This document shows, one piece after another, positions 53,472 through 64,000 of a stretch of 64,000 nucleotides of DNA. Origin of the DNA: Chrysomallon squamiferum (Eukaryota > Animalia > Mollusca); contig CM022668.1 of the NCBI GenBank assembly GCA_012295275.1, positions 4,030,001 to 4,094,000 of the forward strand, read 5' to 3'. The number at the start of each line of letters is the position of its first letter. Within the stretch, counting starts at the first letter, position 1. A program made the translations under genes and the position numbers. The notes under the pieces were generated by a model that saw only the letters and a program-made list of their open reading frames with translations, searched no databases and was not told the origin of the DNA.

Positions 53472-54372
53472 TGTAGGGGACACCGGGACTCCTTTTGACA
53501 TTTTAGCCTTTAAATACAGATTGGAAAACAAACCCTCACAGTGGTTTAAAATACACTTTCATTATTCAGGAGCATCTGAAATATCCTGTAATGTTTCTTT
53601 CAATTATTAATGGTTAAAAACACACCCAACTGGCTCAACCCACCCCGGGTCACACTAGGGGATAGCTTGGGGGAGTTCATCATACACAAAATAAATGCTC
53701 TCAAATATGCACAAAATATATGATTTATTTCAAAATAATTGTGATGCAAATGATAAATGTATAATTCAAAACAAACAACATAAAATCGTATAATGAAGAC
53801 AAAATGAAAATATTTATTGTCGCCCGATTTGTGGCGCAAAGGCATGTGTATATAGTTATGTGCATATATTTTCAGCACATAAAATGTCTCTGTTGGACTG
53901 AAAAAGAAAGTACAAGCATAGCCAGAGCAACGGATTGTAATAAGTCTAACGTTGATGATTTCCATCACATTTTCGACCCATGTAGTTGGACATTTCTTCT
54001 GATTTTGTTCAGCAAGCTGAAAGGCCAATTATCTTAATGTCTGAGGATGCAGTGGGAAGCCAGTATGCGACGTTGTTAAAATATATTCAGTCAGTTTTTC
54101 CTCCTCCACCTCTGTGAAAACTTGACGTGTCCTGGCTCCGCTGTCTATTCTCAGCAGCAAACAAATAGCGTCTGCAGTTTTTCGAGCGATGTTCCTTCCA
54201 TAACATTCTTTTCAGCACTACACACATCTGTCTCGATAGCCGTAATTTAGTACGTTCACACAATCCCTTAATGAATAAACCAATAAATAAATAAATAAAT
54301 AATTGTCTACTTTTTTTAATATCCCGTTGATCATTTCATCGGTATCAGAAAATGAATTACTAAAATTGTACC

Positions 54373-54421
<49 letters not shown>

Positions 54422-54780
54422 CACTCATTAAATAATACCCCAGAGAGAGCTTTCATTTTATTTTGAATTATTTGTTGCTGACCAGCAGTCGCCAACTCGT
54501 TCAGATGTAATTATATTTCCATATCACAAAGATTTCCTTTGAAAGTAAATAATCTTTAGCTATATGTAAGAAGTTGAAGGTTACAGAAACAATGTATAAC
54601 AATGACAAATCAGAGAATCTCTCTTACATAGCTGGAAAACTCGCGCATGCCAAGTAGCACTGCGACATCAGCGGTAGATCTGGTTAATCAAAAACAGTAA
54701 ACGAACGAAAAGAAAAACGGAAAAAAAATAATTTCTACACGATTGTTAGGTGGCTCAGCCTGTCCCGGCTCTCTAATTAC
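53472..54780 (-). mobile_element. Decayed pogo/Tc5-type (CENP-B HTH) DNA transposon remnant
   Basis: Minus strand 54130-53969 reads TRQVFTEVEEEKLTEYILTTSHTGFPLHPQTLR*LAFQLAEQNQKKCPTTWVEN, a typical Tc5-type HTH. Degenerate TIR-like ends (CCGGGAC at ~53483, GTCCCGG at ~54762) and a related internal GGCTCA...CCCGG motif at ~53632. Boundaries approximate. Confidence 0.7.
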
Positions 54781-56049
54781 TGTTAATTTACGTTTTAGCA
54801 ACACTGAAGTGAAGTCAGAACATTGTTCTTTGACTGATAAATTCTATCATCCAGCAGAATCCCACCAGCAGCAACGACTACTGTCTTTACCATTGCGTTT
54901 ACTGCTGATACATCAACTACAGCTATTATTATTTGTAGTACTGTACTGCTATTATTACTACTATTACTACTGCTACTACTGTTACTACTACTACTACTGT
55001 AGGTAAAACTTATAAACGACGTAGACATTAGTAAAGTACTTGTCTAAAGTTAATCGGTTCGTTTTAAAACCTGTCTTGTTGTTTTCTCTTTCCAATTAGT
55101 ACTCAGCGACTTGTGGGCAAAGTAGTTAATGAGTGGACGTATATTTTTATTAAAGTTCCTTTAAAGACGATGAAAAATTACTAAAGGTATCAGTATCTGG
55201 TGATATATCAAACTGACCTTTTTTCATTTGTGTATTTATCACACAGATCTAATATCTCATTTTATTACTTATTTCTAGATTATTATTGTTTTTATTTTCT
55301 CTTTGACGAGTGTTTAATATATTTCTCCATGTGTGGTGTGCTATCTGGGTTTTACAGGTGTGAATGTTGTCAGTGACCGAATTTCCACATTCATCTGCTT
55401 GATATCACTAATTTACTTAGTTATCATATATTTATTTGTTTTTTTCTCTGTTATATGTGTATACATTGCTTTTGTTCCTTTTCTTTTATTGTCAAAACGT
55501 ATACATCACAGCATTCATGTTTTCTAAACTATGAATTAACAACTATTATTATAGATATTAGTAAACAATACAATACACCTAAAACAATTACTACGATCAG
55601 TTACAACCTTACATTTATAACCAGTACTACTACTAGTAAAATCTGTTACCACAACCAATACTATGTCTACTACTAAAACTGCTACTGACTACTATTCTAC
55701 TACTAGAGAAAAAGAAATATACCGGTTTCTTGTGAAAATCGGTCAAAATTCTCAGTTCCAAATTTCTCCATTAAAACACTGAATGAAGCAGAAGTTTTAT
55801 GTATTCGGAGACGGATTATCAAGACAAGAAGTTTATTTCTCTGTAGACTGCACGCGGTGCAGTAGTCAGAACATACAAACAAAACGTGATTTGAGCAGTT
55901 TTTCTGTCGTGGTACAAAACATATTAACTATAATTCAACCAGGAAGGCTGACTCTGTCAATGACAATTTGTAAAAATCGGGAAAGTTTATATAAAAATCA
56001 TATTTTTTTGTTGTAGAAAATAATTGCTGAAATGTTGTTGCATTTGGTC

Positions 56050-57700
56050 TAAGTGTATAATAATGTGTTTATATATGTACTTCTCTGAAAAGCTGTACAA
56101 TTAAAACTATAATGGAACTTATCGCCTGTATCAGAATTATATAAATGACATATTCTGTCTTCTCTTTCAGTACTGAACTACCTACCAGTTTCTACAGGAA
56201 GCTTGACATTATGAGTTCTAAATTTAGATGATGCTCCAGCATTTTCTGTTGGCAGCTTTAACAAATAATGTTCTGAAATAAATTCATCTTTAACATTCTG
56301 TAACTAATGCCTTTAGTTGACTCAAGTTTAACTCTATTCAATTTTTGTAAGATGCGATCACATAAAAAATTCACTTGGACACATGTTAAATAAACCGCAT
56401 TCATCAAGCATAACTTTTACAGAATATAACCAAAGATTTGATACAGCATTTATACTACGGATATATGATAACAACATGTATAGTACTCTTTAAATATAAC
56501 AATCTTTGACCAAAGTGTAATCATTCTAACTTTAACATTTATAGACACTGGATATCTCCATAATTCACCATAACCAAAGCTTGGTGCTCACTTGTTAACA
56601 CATAATATGTATGTGCAAAACCTGAGATGATGTCTTTCAGTTATATCTAAATTACTAAAACCCCAGATTTCACATCAATATAATAATATTAGTTTTAGAT
56701 TCTTGTGAAACAAATCTAAATAAAATAAATTAAATTATCTAAAAACAAATTTAATGCAGCAAATATTGAATTTGAAGCTCGATTGATTACATTTTTCTAA
56801 TTATTTATGAAGGATCCAGATTTATTTAAAAGAAGCCCGAGGTATTTAACCTCAGTAACAATTTCTGTTTCCATATTATTATATATAAATCTGTTTTTAA
56901 ATTGCCTTGGGAAACAAATAATAATTTTTTTACTTGGCAGCATTAACTTTTAATTTCCATGGTTTACAATATATTTCAAAACAGTGCAACTGATGTAAAT
57001 CATCTGCTTCTTTCCACTAATAATACAGTATCATCAATACATAAAACGCAAGATATTCATTAATATTTTCGCGAGAAAGTCTGTTATTGATTGAATAACT
57101 TTATACTTTTCTGTGGCTAAACAATTTGCTGAATTATTTAAATATTGTAAAAATATAAAAGGTGTTAAATTATCCTCTTGCACGGAAAATATTCTGATTT
57201 ACAGCCATTGTGCACACTTCTTCATTTTATACCGTCATACATATTTAATATTATTCTGAAACATTTCCCATTAATATCATAACTTAATATTCTTTTCCAT
57301 GAATCAATACGCCATACTGAATCGAAGGCTTTCCAAAATCAATAAAAGCACAGCACATACTGTCCCTCGTTCTTTTTAGTAATTCAGATAAAGTACGAAG
57401 AAGAAATATGTTATAAGTACGTAATCTTGTCGAAAACGAGACTCAGTTTTTTTCTCCAGTAATTCAACTTGAACAGAGAATACAGTCAGACTAAACCTGA
57501 ATGAAAAGTGTATATCTGTGATCAACGAACAAACCAACACAGCAGGGACCTCAAACAAAATTAAATGTAGATTGAATGACTCTAAATAGTTGTTATTTTC
57601 CAATTGTTAATCATATGTGACGTAGTTTTACCGCTAAACAATATTACTTTATTCTTGCGTTGAAGCTTTGGAATATATCGAAATGTTTCGGTCGATTCCG
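56050..57700 (-). mobile_element. Decayed non-LTR retrotransposon (LINE) reverse-transcriptase remnant
   Basis: Minus-strand frameshifted motifs in the expected order: SRFRQDY (QxGFR-like), CAFIDF/KAFDSVWR, WKRILSYDINGKCFRIILNMYDGIK, NGCKSEYFPC, QEDNLTP (QGxxLSP), IDDTV (YADD), KVN and YLG. Confidence 0.85.
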
Positions 57701-59004
57701 ATGCCGATCTTTCCCGAAGAGGGCTATAATTCTAAAATGTTAACCAAATGGAAACCCTGGTTATACCGGATTCCTCTTCTAACCGGATAAATCTGACTGT
57801 TCCCAAGTGATCCGATATAGCAAAGTTACATACAATTCCTGCTTCTACATTATTTATACTACAATCACTGCTACTACTACCACTACAACTGCAATTATTG
57901 CTGCAAGTAATGTTACTATGACGGTAAATAAACCAGTGAAACTACTGCTTTTTTCTCAATTACTACTGTTAAGTGTGTTTTATTTTTTGTTTTATTGTTA
58001 TTATATTTTGTTATTATTGATTTTTGTGAACGAATATAAAACAAACGTGGATGGTTGGACTAGTTTTGATCTGGTTAATATTTAAAACCTTTCAAGTTCT
58101 ATTATCCCCGTAACATCGCTATACCAGAGCTTTCTTTAGACATGGCAGTGAGAAAATCTAATAGTTTCTGAAAGAGAAATACAGATTTTTTATAGTTTCT
58201 GTCATTCGACAGTGAAATGACAGCGTACAGAGGGGTACAAATAAAAAAATGTTTTTTCTTTCTGCAGAGTGACAACCATCAAACATGAAATGTCACTCAC
58301 TGAATTATTTATGGCGTTTTCAGTTTTTAATGGAGTATATATTCAGATTATTTACTAAAACACTCATAACATTATACTGTTATTTTAGTTGGGGTGTTTT
58401 TTTATGTTATCTGTCTGTGTGTCAATCTATCTACTATTTATCTATGTCTATCTCTCTACTGTCTGTTTACCTATTTATAAATCTATCGATCTATCTACCT
58501 ATTTGTTTAATTATTTTATTATGCACTAAACGTTTAATCTGCATGTTTGCTTTATACATAACACTTTATTTCCTGTTAACAGATGTGTGCCACAGATAAC
58601 ATTATAACAGTAAAATGGGTCCAGTAATCAGTGATAATCAGACATTTATGCTCCAGTCTCCTGTTGATTACGTTTCAATGGTCAACAAATATTACCATGG
58701 TGACTGTCATAAAATATCATTTCTAATTTTATTTATTTTCCTTTTTTTTCTCCTGTGTTCTGAAAATCAGATTATAAATAATTATACCCAAAGGCTAGGA
58801 TTTGCGAGTAGATTTTGCAAACAAAAGTCTTTTAAATGTGACATACACAGAGAAAATTGTCGTCATAAATCGAAATATAAGTTCACCTGACGATACTAAA
58901 TGTTACAAAATCAATATGACATTTCACGTTTAATTTACCATACTTTTTAATTAGCGTCAGAAACGTTATGAGGATCGGTCACTCCATATGCAGTGTACCA
59001 GTTT

Positions 59005-59450
59005 ACTGTTTGTTCACTGTGCAGACTGGAAAGTATAATGATCAAGTTGTTAGAGATGTTTGTATGTTCAGTGTACACACTCCAAGGTATGGTGATCGAG
59101 TTTTACAGACTGGAAGGTATACTGATAGAGTGATAGAGATGTGTGTATGTTCACTGTACAGACTGGAAGGTATACTGATAGAGTGATAGAGATGTGTGTA
59201 TGTTCACTGTACAGACTGGAAGGTTTAAAGATTGAGTGTTAGAGATGTTTGTATGCTTACTGTACAGGCTGGAATGTATGATGATCAAGTGATAGAGATG
59301 TGTGTATGTTCACTGTAAACAGTGGAATGTATGATGATCAAGTGATAGAGATGTGTGTACGTTCACTGTAAACAGTGGAATGTATGATAATCAAGTGATA
59401 GAGATGTTTTTATGTTCAAAATATCACTGTGCAGCGATATGGTGATCGAA
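59005..59450. repeat. 53-bp minisatellite, ~8 copies
   Basis: Unit GATAGAGATGTGTGTATGTTCACTGTACAGACTGGAAGGTATACTGATAGAGT; GACTGGAAGG at 59108 and 59161. Confidence 0.9.
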
Positions 59451-60174
59451 TCCCGTGGGCATATTAATATAATAATGGAAAAATAAATTGCTTTTCTTTT
59501 TCTAAATAATTTTCTAAGCTGTTGACAGCTTGATAAATAAACATCTCGGGATTCAGGATTATTTGCCCAAGGCATGCTATGTAGAAATTTAATCTCAATT
59601 TTTTTTTTTCTTCAAACTGTCTCTGAAACAACATAAATGAATAAGTATTTGTCATTTCCAAAACGTGCGACACGAGTTTCCTCAAGATTCACTAGCGAGC
59701 TACCAAAATAGACGTAAACAAGAATCGATGAACTCGCCATAAAAATAACTTTTTTACTCTCATTTTCTTGAGACTTTCGTTAATGCACCTAACCGGAAAC
59801 AGTTCTCTCCAATCTGAACCATGTCAAGCAATCATTTGTTGATGAAATCGATCTAACATCGTCAAGTCAGCGAGGCGCGAATCTTTGTCTGTCAGTCAGA
59901 ATACAGCTCAACCCACAAGTGACTGTCTGTTATTTGTTTATTCGTAGAAATGATCGCGTGACGGGGCAGAGAAAAACGTAACACACTGTGTACAATACTG
60001 AGTGATTGCTTTCATACAACGTCTACCTGCGATGATCATCAAATTATTTGAAATTCATTTTCTCTCATGTCTATTCATGGTCATATATAATGAGAGACAG
60101 AGACATTTTATTATTATTATTGCTATTATTATTTTTATTATTATTATTACTTTTATTATTATTATTATTGCTAT

Positions 60175-60274
<100 letters not shown>

Positions 60275-61020
60275 GTTATCTTTTTTGTTGTTAGTGTGGT
60301 AGTGTGGTTGGTGGTAGTATTAAGTACTTTGGGAATACATCTTTCCGATACGTAAAAGGCTGAATTGTCCTTTTGCTAAAGTTCTTCTAATTGACATCAG
60401 AAAGTTTGAATGACGAAGTACATTCTATTAAAATATCAGTTTACACGAGCTGATATAGAGTTTGTTATTTCTCTAATGATTTAACTTCTCAAAAGAAATA
60501 GCGAAAAAGGACTTAAATTAGTCTTCATTTTGCTTCTGTTTCTACTTTTGTTTGTCATTATCATGTCTTGCTGGATTTCCTTTGTTCTTTACTAATGCAA
60601 CTTACCAAACACAGACGTCTTGAATCTGTTGAAGTCATAAAATGTTTAATGTTAACAAGCAGAGACCCCATGTGCTTGACGTGACCAGGAATCAAAGATA
60701 GCGTTTAATTCTTGTCTTTCATCGCTGATAGCAATGTATCGTTTTCTTCCCACGCTTATTCATTAACACAACTCTGAGTAGACATTGAAAGAAACTGTCA
60801 AATATGTGTATGTGTGTGTGGGGGGTTGTATGCATCTTGAGTTGATTGAGAACTCAATTAAACAGAATCGCTTTTTCTGAATCAGTCCATTAACAGGCTC
60901 CTCTCTGCATACAACCACACAGTTCTGTGACATGACAAAGTTACAAATTAAACACGCACATCGTTTTGTGCTCGATTCCTGCGGGCGTTTGTGCGTGATG
61001 TGAATGCTTGATGTAATCAC

Positions 61021-61150
<130 letters not shown>

Positions 61151-61848
61151 TTATGCATGTGTGACTCTGAAAATATTTCTCTTTACTGACCTGTGTTTAT
61201 TTCCATTAAAGTTTCTACCTTCATAGTTCTAAATTTAAACAACAACAAAGAAGAAGAATTGTATAAAACTATATATATAAAAATACTGAGCAACATTCGG
61301 ATCAGTAGCTAACACATTTCCTGCGGGTGGTTTCATACACAATCATATCGATTTGTTTACAGTTAAACCACTGAACAAGAACATTTTAATGAGATGAATC
61401 GGATAAAAACCCACCCCAAACAGAGCCTCGAGGTCATATTAAAAGAGAGAGAGAGAGAGAAAGCTAAATACAAAATAATTCTACATGGAATAAATTAATT
61501 TGTCTCTAGTTACAAGAATAGTATTAAAATCTGTGAAAGACGGCAAGGAAAAGAATGTTTCTACACAAAACAACTGATGTTAAGCTATCTGTTGTTGGTG
61601 GAGTGGTTATGAACACTGGATGGATCGTGGACAGAAAATAGAATATTTTTACACTGCGAACAATCGATGGAATGTCTTTTAAACGGCTTTGCGGTAAATG
61701 GAAGCACTTCCGGCTATAAACACAAATGGACCTGTGATAATACGTATTTCCTTGACGTGAAATTAATTTCCAATTCTCTCGTTCCAGACAGACACGTACA
61801 TTTACTTTGTCACTTATTTTGTTAGTCCCGCAAGTAACCTGCGGGTAT

Positions 61849-62042
<194 letters not shown>

Positions 62043-62539
62043 GAATTTGAGCTTATTGCTAAACAGACAAATGAAGATGAAGAATGGCAGTGATTATATA
62101 TTAGAACAGGTAGAAATGTTGACAGTAGTTTTAATCTATTAATCGTGTTTGACAAGGCTGGTTATTCTCAGTGTTGTGTCTATGTCATTCCGAGTTCAAG
62201 CTTTCTACCTCATTTGTTCACTGTGTTATTTCGTCTCAGCAAGATGTACAATGATTAAATATGTCACCGCTGACAGCCGAACACAGCAAATTCCAAGTCA
62301 CTGCACATCATATTAGTCAGCGCATTGAGATAATTAAATAAATTTACAACTGATTAAAAATATTGATCACAATAAAATGATCTCATACACAGAGGAAGTG
62401 CAATATCACAAACAAAACAAAATCAACAGAACTCATTGAAGAAATACGAAAACAAAGTAATGGTAACGTTAACGAATGCTATGATAACAAAGTAATATGG
62501 ATGCAAACACAAAGTAACATAGAACCATAAAGTAATAAA

Positions 62540-62665
62540 TTATCGCAAATTAATACAGAGTAATATAGAGAACAACACAAAATATAGGTAATATAAATGA
62601 AAATACAGAATAATATAAATGACAACACAAAATATAGGTAATATAAATGAAAACACAGACTACTA
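62540..62665. repeat. Short degenerate tandem repeat
   Basis: ACAACACAAAATATAGGTAATATAAATGAAAA occurs twice, with related ~24-bp subunits around it. Confidence 0.6.
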
Positions 62666-63786
62666 TTAATTACAGCGGAGAGTAAAAGTCTACATAAGTT
62701 AACATGACAAAACAGAAGTAACTGAGAGAGAAAAGCAATGAGAGTAAGAAAACTGAAGTAAAAGTAATCAGAAACTTAAAGACTTTTGAGAAAGTGTCTG
62801 ACATTCTTCTAATCTATTTAATTAATCTACACAGAGAAGATGTTATTCGAGTGTTTTGATATGCTTTACCAGACGTTTACAAAACTTGTTTCAGTCACTG
62901 CACTCTGTAGATGCAAACATAGATTTCAATAGTTTCATTGTTATTTCACTAACTTTATCCACTTTGAAAATATTACTTTATTTTCCCTGTCTCGAAATCA
63001 GCACATTAAATTCTTAAACACGCATACACACACGCACACGCACACACACAAACACACAAACACAAACATGCATAGCCCTAGAGAGACACATAGACATATC
63101 CAATACATGTATACATGCATACGCATACACTTATAAAATAAATGATTCAAGATTAGAAACGTATACAAAAATCATAGGTTTATCGTCTCTTGTTTTTATC
63201 TACGTGTACTACATTGAGTTAGCCTCAAGATGGAATCGAGTCTGATGAAAGTAATCCGTTTACTTTTCATAAGTACGTAGCCTGCAGCAGGTTTGTATTT
63301 AACACATTTAACAATTACTTGTTTGAAAGTGTGAAATGTGGAACACCAGAAACCTGAACATTGATTCATTCTCTCTCTCACATATACGTGCTCTTGGTAT
63401 ATCTACACACATTCACACACATACACACACATGCTAACACATCATAGATGATAAATATGTCACACTGGTGTTTTTGAACTGATGACATTTGACGCAGGAA
63501 ACTCGACTCTAAACTACTAGTTACTGAGATGCAGGGAACGACTCAAATAAGACAAATCGCTTGACTAACTTCTTAGCAGAGAATGATAACTCGATATTAA
63601 TCACTTCACATTTAATTAGGCCATATGACCTTTATTCTCCTTTAATCATGAATCAAAATGGGAAAAAGTAAAAATCAAAAAACAAAAACGTTATTTTGTA
63701 AAAGCCAGAAGAGCTGAATTTTTTTTTTTTTTAATTTGGAAGAAATTTCTAAAAACGCTTAGATCTTAATTAAAAGACTGAGCCTG

Positions 63787-63827
<41 letters not shown>

Positions 63828-64000
63828 ATAATAATAATTAGATGATAATAATGTGTGGTTTCTCTAACACGCTAACTCTTCCGAGAAAGTAAAATGTCTG
63901 AAAATGGCTGAGTGACATGTTAGCACAAATAGATCATTATAATTGCAAATCTTTCATTTTTAATCTAAAATAACACCTTTCAGTTTGTTAAATATTCGAC

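Noticed and set aside
57755-57835. Possible MITE end (repeated ACCGGAT/ATCCGATAT)
   Set aside because: No matching partner TIR found; too degenerate.

Overview
Eukaryotic, AT-rich, microsatellite-dense genomic DNA, most likely from a lophotrochozoan (probably a gastropod mollusc; inferred from gene and repeat types, not verified). Four protein-coding genes are supported, each with an uninterrupted coding exon preceded by a splice acceptor a short way upstream of the start codon. Three are minus-strand class A (rhodopsin-like) GPCRs: <1-479 (runs off the window and is missed by the ORF track), 22185-23144 and 38130-39281. The fourth is a plus-strand LicD/fukutin-family type II membrane nucleotidyltransferase (9924-10817). 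Decayed mobile elements include a FLYWCH-MULE, a tRNA-derived SINE fragment, an internally deleted Tigger with TIRs, a pogo/Tc5-type remnant and a LINE reverse-transcriptase remnant. There are several minisatellites (38, 43, ~28, 47 and 53 bp units), a perfect 88-bp palindrome and many simple repeats. Most other track ORFs are repeat or antisense artefacts. No CRISPR, rRNA or intact tRNA was seen, and no wholly new system can be demonstrated from sequence alone. The best leads are an atypical GPCR lacking DRY/NPxxY with a candidate CUG start, the stand-alone LicD enzyme, and a Tigger resembling elements I recall from distant aquatic animals.
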